This document shows positions 10,545 through 19,286 of a DNA stretch of 64,000 nucleotides, piece by piece; position 1 is the first letter of the stretch, and every line of letters starts with the position of its first letter. The stretch lies in the NCBI GenBank assembly GCA_964291405.2, contig OZ219926.1:1376001-1440000 (forward strand), written 5' to 3'. The notes beneath the pieces were generated by a model. The model made no database searches, was not told the origin of the DNA, and saw only the letters and a list, made by a program, of their open reading frames with translations. The position numbers and the translations under genes were made by a program. Source of the DNA: Thermodesulfobacteriota bacterium (GTDB lineage: Bacteria; Desulfobacterota; Binatia; Bin18).

Positions 10545-11087
10545 ATGGGTAAACGAGTACGCCGGGTCCTTACCGGCCACAATGCCGACAACAAGTCCTA
10601 CATCATGGAGGACGGTCCCGCGCCGAACCACATGGAGATGGGCTCGATGGCCGGTCTCCTGGTCACCGATATCTGGGAAACAACCACCATGCCGGCGGAC
10701 AATAGCGGCAGTGCCGATAACGCCGACCGCCCCATTCGCCTCGAGCCGCCGCCGAACGGTACCATCTGCCGCGTGGTTGAATTTCCACCGGACTCGACGT
10801 GGAAGAACGATGCCTCCGGTCTCGAAGGATTCGATTCCATCGGCGCCGGGCACGCGGTCAGTAGTGACAGCGACGATCCAATGATGCACGTCACGACCAC
10901 CACGGACTACGCCATCGTCCTCGAGGGCGAAGTGTGGGCCGTGATGGACGAAGGCAAGACCTGCCTCAAGGCCGGCGATATCCTGGTCCAGCGCGGCACG
11001 ATGCATTCGTGGTCGGTGCGAACGGATCAGACCGCGCGTGTCGCTTTCGTCCTGGTGGATGCTGCACCACTGCCCCATCAGAAATAG
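10545..11087 (+). CDS. Cupin domain protein
   Basis: VRRVLTGH, MHVTTTTDY, LEGE, GDILVQRGTMHSW. Confidence 0.9.
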   Translation: MGKRVRRVLTGHNADNKSYIMEDGPAPNHMEMGSMAGLLVTDIWETTTMPADNSGSADNADRPIRLEPPPNGTICRVVEFPPDSTWKNDASGLEGFDSIGAGHAVSSDSDDPMMHVTTTTDYAIVLEGEVWAVMDEGKTCLKAGDILVQRGTMHSWSVRTDQTARVAFVLVDAAPLPHQK

Positions 11088-11240
11088 GCTGCGTGCAATT
11101 CTCCCAGAGCATCAAGATCGCGCGACCGTGTGACGGTACCGTTTGACGAGCAACCGGACAGAAAGTGTACTCAAGAAGAGTGGCGACCAGAGCGTTCTGC
11201 CAGACGACTCTTCCTTTCCCCCCAAAGTCGCCTATGAACC

Positions 11241-12074
11241 TCAGCCGCCGACTGGCCCAAGTGGAACGGGACCGGTTGGGGGATACGAGCCGTCTGTGTC
11301 GTGCACTTCCTGACCGGTCAGCGGTGGGTCGAATACGCTAATGCCGTGAAAATCGCTCAACGCTTTGACGTGATGGCGGTCTTTCGGCCCGACCACATAC
11401 AGGCCGCCGGGACCGATAATATGCACGGCTCCGGTGGCGGAATCGGTCACCTCAAGCGTGCCGTCTAGCACCACGTTTGCTTCCCAGTGGTGTTTGTACC
11501 ACAAGTCTGCTTCCCCGCCCGCTTGCAGGCGGACCGCCGAAAAGGAGAACCCGAGCTGGTCGGCGGCGGTCAAATAGCGGGCCGTGATGGCGACGCCGCC
11601 CGCGATCACCCGCTCCAAGCCCGCATTACGAACATCGGCGAGAGTTCTGACGAACATGCGATCCTGACCTTGAGGAGCATCACCCGTTGGGGGATAGGAC
11701 CCGTCTGCATCGTGGGTCTCATTGCCTTCGAGCGGCGGGGAGAAGACACTGATGACACGCAGGTCTGATGGTTCCTCACAGATGATGCGATGTCGGTCCT
11801 GAGGACCAACGCAATAGAGCACGTCGGGTTCGAGGGGCCAGCGTTCTTCCGTGGCCCGGTTCTCCAGGGTGGCGTTTCCCGAATACACGTAGTTGGCCTC
11901 CCAGTGGTGTTTGTACCAGACATCCAGTGATCCGACCTGCTGTGTCCGGGCTTCAGACACGCTAAACCCGAGTCTATCGGCTTTGGTGAGCAGACGGACG
12001 GCCGTCGCTTTGCCGTGGGCAATCGAGATAACCCGATCATCGGCTTCCAGTTGGTTCATCGTACGAATCAGCAT
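11241..12074 (-). CDS. Tandem double ectoine-synthase (EctC)-like cupin
   Basis: Two repeats, each with LGFS, WYKHHWEAN, YxVGPxDRH, SVFxPPLxGxExHDxDGSY. Confidence 0.85.
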   Translation of the reverse strand: MLIRTMNQLEADDRVISIAHGKATAVRLLTKADRLGFSVSEARTQQVGSLDVWYKHHWEANYVYSGNATLENRATEERWPLEPDVLYCVGPQDRHRIICEEPSDLRVISVFSPPLEGNETHDADGSYPPTGDAPQGQDRMFVRTLADVRNAGLERVIAGGVAITARYLTAADQLGFSFSAVRLQAGGEADLWYKHHWEANVVLDGTLEVTDSATGAVHIIGPGGLYVVGPKDRHHVKALSDFHGISVFDPPLTGQEVHDTDGSYPPTGPVPLGPVGG

Positions 12075-12190
12075 AGTGGTCCCCCTTTGATGGACTCGGT
12101 ACGAACTGGTAGCAGGTTAGGGAAGTCGGGATAGTCGATTTCCGTGATTTTTGTAATCGTTGTGTCGCCGACTTTCCATTTGAGATTCGT
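12068..12190 (-). pseudogene. N-terminal stub resembling an MBL-fold metallo-hydrolase
   Basis: AAGGAGG RBS followed by ACG in place of ATG, then NLKWKVGDTTITKITEIDYPDFPNLLP. Confidence 0.5.
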
Positions 12191-12202
12191 ATCGACCTCC
12201 TT

Positions 12203-12239
12203 TTTTCACGGCATTCGCGTATTCGACCCACCGCTGACC
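12203..12239. repeat. 37-nt inverted copy of 11316..11352
   Basis: 36/37 identity to the reverse complement of part of the EctC-like gene. Confidence 0.95.
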
Positions 12240-12254
12240 TTGTTGGGAAATACC

Positions 12255-12902
12255 CTACGAGGGGTTTTGCTTTCCCCAGCGATCAAAATGCGTCAGCTCT
12301 TCTGCTGGCCGGCGCGTAATGGGTCCGAACTTCCCTTGAGGGAAACCAATGGGAATGAGCGCAACCGCCCCATAGTTCTCAGGGATACCAAAGTGGTCAT
12401 GCAGCTCTTCTTCAAAGAACATCTGGGCCGTGGTCAGGGTGGCACCCAGACCCAATCCGCGACACGCCAGGAGAATATTCTGCACGCAAGGATACACGGA
12501 GCCGTAAGATGGAGGTGCTTTGCCCACCCGCTGATCCGGGGGTACGGCTGCCGGCCAATCTCTTAATCCGGAGCAGAGGAGCAAGACCGGCACTTCGTGC
12601 ATATGTTCGGACAGATACTGAGCCGCACGACCCATCCGGGCCTGCGAAGAAGGGTCCCCCGGCGCCGGCTGCATTGTGCCAAAGCGGGAGGCTACAGCCC
12701 GGTGGTAGCGCTCTTGTATGAATTTCTTGCCCTCTGGATCCTGCACGACCAAAAACGCCCAAGGCTGAGTGTTTTGCCCGCTGGGAGCTTTTGTGCCCGC
12801 CTCCAACACTTTGCGAATCAGCTCTAAAGGAACCGGGTCCGGCTTGAGCCGTCGCATCGCCCGCATCGTGTTCATCGTCTCAAAAAGGTCTATCTCCGGC
12901 AT
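12255..12902 (-). CDS. Nitroreductase family protein
   Basis: RAMRRLKPDPVP, APSGQNTQPW, QNILLACRGLGLG; start MPEID after AGGAGG. Confidence 0.9.
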   Translation of the reverse strand: MPEIDLFETMNTMRAMRRLKPDPVPLELIRKVLEAGTKAPSGQNTQPWAFLVVQDPEGKKFIQERYHRAVASRFGTMQPAPGDPSSQARMGRAAQYLSEHMHEVPVLLLCSGLRDWPAAVPPDQRVGKAPPSYGSVYPCVQNILLACRGLGLGATLTTAQMFFEEELHDHFGIPENYGAVALIPIGFPQGKFGPITRRPAEELTHFDRWGKQNPS

Positions 12903-12936
12903 GGGTACTCCTCCTTCTGTCCTTTTTGCGTTCTGC

Positions 12937-13194
12937 CAAACCATCGTCATCACCGGCATGGCAACTAACTACTGTTGCATGACGACATCCATCGACACTT
13001 TTAATCGTGATTACGACGTGATCTTCGTCGACGATCTCAATTGCACGATAGCTTCGAGCGACGGGACAGACGCCGCGACGATGCACCGCATCACGGTTGA
13101 GACGCTGAAGGACGGCTTCATCTCCGAGTTGGTTACCGCCGACGATCTCCTAGCGCGGCTCGACGCCGACACCGAAACACGCGCTGCCGTCTGA
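12937..13194 (+). pseudogene. Isochorismatase/cysteine hydrolase C-terminal fragment
   Basis: TIVITGMATNYCCMTT..D...RDYDVIFVDD; no N-terminal half. Confidence 0.8.
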
Positions 13195-13242
13195 TCGGTA
13201 TTGGACTCGTCCCGGACCTGCTGGTGGCGCAAATCGGCTGCA

Positions 13243-13518
13243 CTACACCCCTAACCAATACAGTCCAATAAGGATGACACAGATCGAGACGGCCCACACT
13301 TCAAACGCTATTCGTAGTGGCAATGGCGCCGTTCTGAGTTCCATGAAATCAAGAAAGACGAAACGGATTTTGACAAAGGTGATAATCAAAATGGCGGCGG
13401 TCGCGTAGTGAGATTTCTCCCCAAAACCGAATCCATGCCCAAACTGCCACGACAATCCTGTCGCCACTATCAAGCCGACCCAAATACCGGTCACTCTGGA
13501 TTGAAGCGAAACTGCCAT
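13243..13518 (-). CDS. Cytochrome c oxidase subunit IV family small membrane protein
   Basis: Three hydrophobic helices, K..FV.LDFMELR.AP motif. Confidence 0.8.
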   Translation of the reverse strand: MAVSLQSRVTGIWVGLIVATGLSWQFGHGFGFGEKSHYATAAILIITFVKIRFVFLDFMELRTAPLPLRIAFEVWAVSICVILIGLYWLGV

Positions 13519-13521
13519 GCA

Positions 13522-14109
13522 TCACCGCATCAGATACAGCAGCGCGAAAAGCGCGATCCACAAGATGTCCACGAGGTGCCAAAAACACGCCCCGCTTTCG
13601 AGCACGCCCACGCCTTGAGCATCAAATTCCGCATCGCGCACGGACTGCCAGAGGAAAACCAGCACGCCAATCCCAATCACCATGTGCAGCAGATGAATAC
13701 CCGTCATCAGGTAGTAGTACATAAAGAAATTATTCGTCTCTATGGTCAAACCGGCGGCAAACTTTTCGCCCCATTCAAAATATTTGATGACGACGAAACC
13801 AATACCGCAAAGGGTTGCCACCACGAAACAGCCGCGGGCCCGCGAAAGCTGGCCTGCCCGAGCGCCGTGAACGGCGAGTGCGACCAGCCAAGAACTCGTC
13901 AACAGCAGCACGGTGTTGAGGAGCCCGAGGGTTTGGTTCAGCAGTTGCTGCTGTTCGACGAATAACGCGACTTCTTGCGATCGATCGTAGACAAATACCG
14001 AGAACAACAGAGAAAAGACCAGGATGTCGCCGATGATGAACATCCACACGCCGGTTTCGCCAGGCAGGTGCGGCTTGACCGAGTCCGGCAGCGCGGAAGT
14101 TGAAGACAT
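13522..14109 (-). CDS. Cytochrome c oxidase subunit III family (NorE-like) protein
   Basis: HLPGE.GVWMFI, NTVLLLTSS, KYFEW, YYLMTGIHLLH, FWHLVDILW. Confidence 0.9.
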   Translation of the reverse strand: MSSTSALPDSVKPHLPGETGVWMFIIGDILVFSLLFSVFVYDRSQEVALFVEQQQLLNQTLGLLNTVLLLTSSWLVALAVHGARAGQLSRARGCFVVATLCGIGFVVIKYFEWGEKFAAGLTIETNNFFMYYYLMTGIHLLHMVIGIGVLVFLWQSVRDAEFDAQGVGVLESGACFWHLVDILWIALFALLYLMR

Positions 14110-14124
14110 TGATGAGTCGTCTTT

Positions 14125-14832
14125 CTAGGCGGCCACCGCCGGTTCAGATTGCGCCTGCTGTTTTATCGTGCCCATAAGGATGAAAGGCATCGCGACATAC
14201 CAGGTAAAAAAGACCAGAAAGGGGACCCACCAGACAAACAAGCCATCCCAGGCGAAAGGCCCCGTCTTGAAAAAGGTCAAAAGCCCGCCAGGAACAAACA
14301 GCACCGCCACCCAGAGATTGTAGTACCCGACCCAACGCGGAAATATCGGCTCCGCCTGCTTATCACTCAAGATACACAGGCCGAGGGCAATGTTCTGGAT
14401 GATGAACGGCGCGAAGGTCATTAACAGCGTGATCCAACCAATATCGTTCAGCATCCGGGTCAGCTCAGGATCGTGATCAGGCCGGAATGCCGCTCCCGTC
14501 CAAAACACGGCTGAAAACACAAACACCAGCGTGGTGACACAGCCAGCGCCAAGTTGCGTGTACGTAAATACGGGGACGAGATCGCCTTCGATACGTTTCA
14601 TCTGCATGGACAGCGCTGCAGCGAACGAACAAATAAACCCGGCACTGCTCATAATCAGCAAAATCCCGAAGCGCATGGGCAGGGTGTTTTCGCGATAGAT
14701 CGTCGCAACTTCTTCGGCGCTGAGGTTCGGCGAAATCGGCGGAATGAAATTCGCGAACAAAAACCCGGCCAGACAAATCACGGCGAACCCTATCGCGGAC
14801 CAGGCACAAATCATTTGGTTTCGAATATTCAT
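14125..14832 (-). CDS. Uncharacterised multi-pass membrane protein
   Basis: About 6 hydrophobic segments; AAFRP, LNDIGW, FPRW, KTGPFAWDG; start MNIRN after GGGGGAG. Confidence 0.8.
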   Translation of the reverse strand: MNIRNQMICAWSAIGFAVICLAGFLFANFIPPISPNLSAEEVATIYRENTLPMRFGILLIMSSAGFICSFAAALSMQMKRIEGDLVPVFTYTQLGAGCVTTLVFVFSAVFWTGAAFRPDHDPELTRMLNDIGWITLLMTFAPFIIQNIALGLCILSDKQAEPIFPRWVGYYNLWVAVLFVPGGLLTFFKTGPFAWDGLFVWWVPFLVFFTWYVAMPFILMGTIKQQAQSEPAVAA

Positions 14833-15326
14833 CTCTCCCCCTTTTGAATCTGAGTTGACATTCGAGTTTTGGGCCATCTCGCGCTCATGCCGAAGCAGAC
14901 AGGATAAGCCTAAACCTGCCCATCGCTTGCCGTCAAGCGCTGCCATAAATTAGGTTTTCGTTGACGAGAAATAGCGGCAAAATCAACCTATCCAACCAAG
15001 CCATATGGAAAGATCGGAAAGCGGTATCTCTCCGCGATGGACGATCCGGGCCTGAAGTTCACTGGCGAGTTTTTTGTGGCGCCGGGAGCCGAAGCTGAAG
15101 GATAATGGTGACGCACCTATTGTTTTAGATTGTCGCAGGGATACTGCAATAAATACGTGCGCCCCATTTACCCCGCTAACGCAAGCTATCGCTAGACAAT
15201 AAACCTGACACTTTTTTCGATCGGCCGGCGCAAGCAGCGGGAAGTTAGGGTGGCACGCTGCCGGCTTCGGGTCTATAGTGAATCGACCTAAATATAAAAT
15301 TCACCCACCTACCGGGGAGGAGCATC

Positions 15327-15809
15327 ATGGCCCAGCCCGCATATGAGGTAATCGACACGATTGGAAATCTGAGCCCTGCAGAAAACAAGGCCCGTTATCG
15401 CAAGCTTTACATCGAAGAACTGTGGAACGCCGGCAATACGGATATTGTCGATGAAATCATTCATGACGAGGTGGCCTACCATCAGCCGAGCTTCGAGGGG
15501 GACACCCGCAAGGCGGATCTGCCGGGCATTATCCAGGCATTTCACAAGGCCTTTCCGGCAGGCAATTTCACCTTCACGATCGAAGAGCTCGTGGCGGAGG
15601 ACGACTGGGTGTGCGCCTGGCTTTCGTTCGTGGGTAATCAGAAAGATGAGTTTTGCGGAGTGCCTTCGACCGGCAAAACCCTGAAATTCACCGTTCTCGG
15701 CTTTTACCGATTCAAGGAAGGCAAGGTTATCGAATGCCGCAAGCACAACGTCGGCGACAATATCGACTTCGTCACCGCGATGGGAATTAGGGGGCAGCTC
15801 GGCAGCTAA
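15327..15809 (+). CDS. SnoaL-like ester cyclase
   Basis: ENKA, EELWNAG, AFP, LVAEDD, F.GVPSTGK, RFKEGKVIE. Confidence 0.9.
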   Translation: MAQPAYEVIDTIGNLSPAENKARYRKLYIEELWNAGNTDIVDEIIHDEVAYHQPSFEGDTRKADLPGIIQAFHKAFPAGNFTFTIEELVAEDDWVCAWLSFVGNQKDEFCGVPSTGKTLKFTVLGFYRFKEGKVIECRKHNVGDNIDFVTAMGIRGQLGS

Positions 15810-15939
15810 TACTGTCGCGCGGCGATCGCCTGCGCGTGATGGACGATCCGAGCCTAGGGAAATAGGGTCAGACTCGACTTATCTCTCTACAGTTCCTTAA
15901 CTATCATTACCCGACTCTGCCCCAACGCAGATATTCAAC

Positions 15940-16602
15940 TTACGACCTTTCGGTTTTGCCTGCCCGTACGGCCGCTTGCCGTCTCAGAGAAGGCGGGCCT
16001 GTCGATAATCGCGCTTCATCCGTGGGCACGAATGCGCCGCCGACTTTATCCAGCAGAGTCTGGGCGTTCATTTCGATGCCTTCGCCGCCCGCGGCTTTCA
16101 TCGTAGGAAAGTGTTCGAGCAAATTCTCCGCAGCGCCCCGGTAAACGTGCGATGGGTCGCCAGGCCAGGGCGGTAATGCCGCAATTTGTTCTGCATTGAG
16201 GTCCTTCAGGAAATGCCGGGCCTGCGGCTCCATCCGGACAACGTTCGTCAGGCCTTCGAATTCTTTGTACGCGGCCACCTGTGACACGAGAATCCTTTTC
16301 TCGTAGAACGGATGGTCGCCGAACAGCACCGTCCAGCACGCCTTGCAATAGAAACGGGTGGTATCAGCCGACTCATAATTCATGAATGCGCCCAGTTTCT
16401 CTTCGCCCGTCCTGATACGAAAGTCGTTCGGCAGCCAGCAGCAGTCCGCACAGAGGTTGTGTGGATATTCCGGACCGCCGCGCTTCGTCGCATACCACAG
16501 GGCCGAGATACAATCATGGCAACAACATTCGTGTCGGAAAAGCTCTTTGTTTGCGGGGAAGTCGATACGAACGGAACCGCATTTGCACTGAATAGTCGCC
16601 AT
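15940..16602 (-). CDS. GFA/Mss4-like zinc-binding protein
   Basis: CKCG, CCCHDC, RFYCKAC. Confidence 0.7.
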   Translation of the reverse strand: MATIQCKCGSVRIDFPANKELFRHECCCHDCISALWYATKRGGPEYPHNLCADCCWLPNDFRIRTGEEKLGAFMNYESADTTRFYCKACWTVLFGDHPFYEKRILVSQVAAYKEFEGLTNVVRMEPQARHFLKDLNAEQIAALPPWPGDPSHVYRGAAENLLEHFPTMKAAGGEGIEMNAQTLLDKVGGAFVPTDEARLSTGPPSLRRQAAVRAGKTERS

Positions 16603-16642
16603 GGTTTTTCTCGTGGGTGAGCCTCTGGATCCAGTCACGAGT

Positions 16643-16840
16643 TTAGACTTGGTGCTTAGCGATCAACTCGCGAATCACGGGGACCAAAGTCGTAGGGACT
16701 TCCATAACCGTCTGATCTGGCTCTTCATAGGCTGCCTCATCTTCTGCGACTGCCTCATCTTCAGATTGCTCCTCATAATGCGCAAGTACGCTTTTCACGC
16801 GGTCTTCATCCCAGCCGGGCGGAAATTTGTTGTGGCTCAT
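16643..16840 (-). CDS. Small antitoxin-like protein (orphan)
   Basis: FPPGWDEDRV..VLAHYE.Q.EDEAVAEDEA...VP..LVP.IRELIA; ATGA overlap with a basic upstream stub (FRRRLRRKGKR*). Confidence 0.6.
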   Translation of the reverse strand: MSHNKFPPGWDEDRVKSVLAHYEEQSEDEAVAEDEAAYEEPDQTVMEVPTTLVPVIRELIAKHQV

Positions 16841-16994
16841 CGCTTCCCCTTCCGGCGTAATCTCCGCCGAAAAAAGCTGTTGAGATTCTTTTACCATGAT
16901 CCGCTCATACAAAGCTAACGATGAGGATGACCGAACAGGAAGTTGATGTATTCGAGCGAAGCGAACCGCACGGACAAGGCCCGCTTCGGCCTGC

Positions 16995-17297
16995 TTACCC
17001 ACAGACGTTTTGATTGAGATGATCGCGGAGTGTGTCGCCGGTGTATTCGCGCCGGTGCCGCCCGCGCTTCTGCAAGATGGGGACGACTTCGTCGACAAAT
17101 TCTTTGAAGTTGTTCGGCATGACTGTCGGTGTGAGGTTAAAGCCGTCACCACCGGTTTCATCGAGTATGGCTTCCATCTGGTCAGCAACTTGTTCAGGCG
17201 TCCCGACAAGCTGCGGGCAGCCAATCGTTGCCCCGTAGATTTTCCCGACTTCGCGCATGGTCAGTTTGTCTTTGCCCAAGTCGCCGGCCTTATACGC
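16995..17297 (-). pseudogene. NtaA/DszA-type FMN-dependent monooxygenase C-terminal fragment
   Basis: VGTPEQVAD, DGFNL, FVDEVVPILQKRG..RREY.G.TLRDHL. Confidence 0.85.
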
Positions 17298-17517
17298 GGT
17301 TGTTGGTCTGACGAAAACGGCTGCGCTGGAATACGCCAAGGCCGGCATTCGGGTCAATGCCGTGTGTCCCGGGGCGATTGACACGCCCATGATCGCGCGC
17401 AGCGCGCAAGCCATCCCCGGTTTTGATGAACTCGCCGTCGCCATGGAACCTGTTGGCCGTTTTGGCCAGTCGTCGGAAATCGGGGAAGCCGTCGCGTGGC
17501 TGTGTTCCGATGCGGCA
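17293..17517 (+). pseudogene. Short-chain dehydrogenase internal fragment
   Basis: AVVGLTKTAALEYAKAGIRVNAVCPGAIDTPM...PVGRFG...WLCSDAA. Confidence 0.9.
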
Positions 17518-17635
17518 TTGCCGACCCAGGAGTTATTCTTTCCGCAACTGCTCGCCAGTCCCGATGTGATCGCCCTCGTCGCTGAGGAAGGGGAGACGCC
17601 CCGTGGGAGAGCGGGTAGCAGGAGAGGGTTGCGCT

Positions 17636-17667
17636 GTGTTAAAGACAGAACGTGTTAAAGACGGAAC
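17636..17667. repeat. 16-bp tandem duplication
   Basis: GTGTTAAAGACAGAAC GTGTTAAAGACGGAAC immediately before the amidohydrolase RBS. Confidence 0.85.
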
Positions 17668-17683
17668 ATAAGGAGGGGACATA

Positions 17684-18829
17684 ATGGCGATCTATCCGGT
17701 GATATCGTCAGATGACCATGTGTTTGAGCCAGCGGATTTGTGGACGAGTCGGCTCGATAAGCCATTCCGCGATCGCGCACCCCACGTGATTCATCGCGAC
17801 GAGGATGACACCGACTGGTGGGTATGCGACGGCCTCGTGGGCCTCAGCGGCGGGTCAGGTGGTTCACTGTTGGGCAAGCGCTTTGATGAATCGCCCGACA
17901 AGCTGAGTTTTGCCGATAAGATCGAGAATGTCCGGCCCGGGGCGTATCTGCCCGAAGAACGCCTCAAAGATATGGATGCCGACGGCATCGACCTGGCGCT
18001 GGTGTATCCCACGCAAGGGCTGCTGCTGTACAGCGTGCCAGATAGCACCCTCCTCACCGCCTTATGCAAAGCCTACAACGACTGGCTCGTTGAGTTTTGT
18101 GGCGGGTCGGCGGGCCGGATCAAAGGGATCGCGATGTTGGATATCGACGACATTGGGTCGGCGATCCGGGAGATCGAGCGGTGCGCGAAACTGGGTCTCG
18201 TCGGGGCGATGATTTCGGTGTATCCGGCCGAGGAGAACTCATACGATCGACCTGAATACGAGCCGTTCTGGTCGGCGGCGGAAGATTTACGTATGCCGCT
18301 CAGCCTCCATATTGTGACCAACCGGCCGGCCGCGCAGACCGGCCAAGGCGATGGGGCACTCCGGTCACTGGACGGGCCGATTGATTTCGCGGCCCTGGCG
18401 AATGCGGATCACTGGGTGCGGATGTCCTTAGCCCGAATGATTCTGAGTGGGGTCTTTGAACGCCATCCGCGGCTACAAGTCGGCTCGATTGAACAAGAAG
18501 TCTCGTGGGCGCCGCACTTCATCGAACGCCTCGACTACACCTATACGCAGCGCCCCCAAAGTGGCGGGTATCGGTTTGGGGAAGCGATGCTCCCCAGCGA
18601 TTACTTCCGTCGCAACGTCTTCATCAGCTTTCAAGAAGATGCGGTGGGCTTGCGGGAGCGGCAGTTCATTGGGGTGGACAATCTCCTGTGGGGGTCGGAC
18701 TATCCGCATGCCGAGTCGACGTTTCCGCGCTCGCAACAGATCCTGACGGAGATCTTGGCCGACTGCACGGAGGAGGAGAAGGCGAAGATCGTGGGTGGGA
18801 ACACGGCTCGCATTTACAACCTCGGCTAA
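17684..18829 (+). CDS. Amidohydrolase_2 family protein
   Basis: ISSDDHVFEP, MDADGID, AYNDW, SLH, WGSDYPHAESTFP. Confidence 0.92.
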   Translation: MAIYPVISSDDHVFEPADLWTSRLDKPFRDRAPHVIHRDEDDTDWWVCDGLVGLSGGSGGSLLGKRFDESPDKLSFADKIENVRPGAYLPEERLKDMDADGIDLALVYPTQGLLLYSVPDSTLLTALCKAYNDWLVEFCGGSAGRIKGIAMLDIDDIGSAIREIERCAKLGLVGAMISVYPAEENSYDRPEYEPFWSAAEDLRMPLSLHIVTNRPAAQTGQGDGALRSLDGPIDFAALANADHWVRMSLARMILSGVFERHPRLQVGSIEQEVSWAPHFIERLDYTYTQRPQSGGYRFGEAMLPSDYFRRNVFISFQEDAVGLRERQFIGVDNLLWGSDYPHAESTFPRSQQILTEILADCTEEEKAKIVGGNTARIYNLG

Positions 18830-19286
18830 GGGATGATTAACAAAGACCAAGTAAGAGAGCAGGTGGAAGGAATTGTCTTATTTTTCTAAATTCCACAGTC
18901 TTTGTGGAAATAAGTCGGCTCTTTTCATCCACGGTAAGGAAGGAAAGAGACGGTCGTTTTCTTCCGCACCTTTGGAAAATCATAGGATCGTTGGATTTTA
19001 CCCCGTTGCTGATACTGCTGCCCAATTCAAAGAACACCTCATAGACTGTCGTCAAGGCAAGGTTTTACAAGCCTTCTCATGGCAGTTGAAGAATTCGGCA
19101 GCAGTATCCGTTGCTACGGCATGCCCCTCCTTGCCGCTGTGGAGCACGAAGCCAAGGCCCGAGGCGTGGTGAATGCGCACGAACGGGTACGCATCGTTCC
19201 AACTCTTCACGCCGCATTTTTTCCGGCTCTGCGGAAGGAGTCCCATGCGTCGAGTCTGACCCCATATACCGCGAGTCACGCAAGAC

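Noticed and set aside
11241-12074. Ectoine biosynthesis operon
   Set aside because: No ectA, ectB, ectD or ask in the window
11316-12239. Diversity-generating retroelement TR/VR pair
   Set aside because: Copies are inverted, only 37 nt, differ at one base, and no reverse transcriptase is present
13243-14109. Functional cytochrome c oxidase or NO reductase operon
   Set aside because: Catalytic subunits are absent
15107-15174. Imperfect inverted repeat GGTGACGCACCTATT / AATACGTGCGCCCC
   Set aside because: Single degenerate instance; cannot be assigned to an element
18830-19150. AT-rich stretch with short ORFs on both strands
   Set aside because: No motif or RBS support; likely degraded foreign DNA
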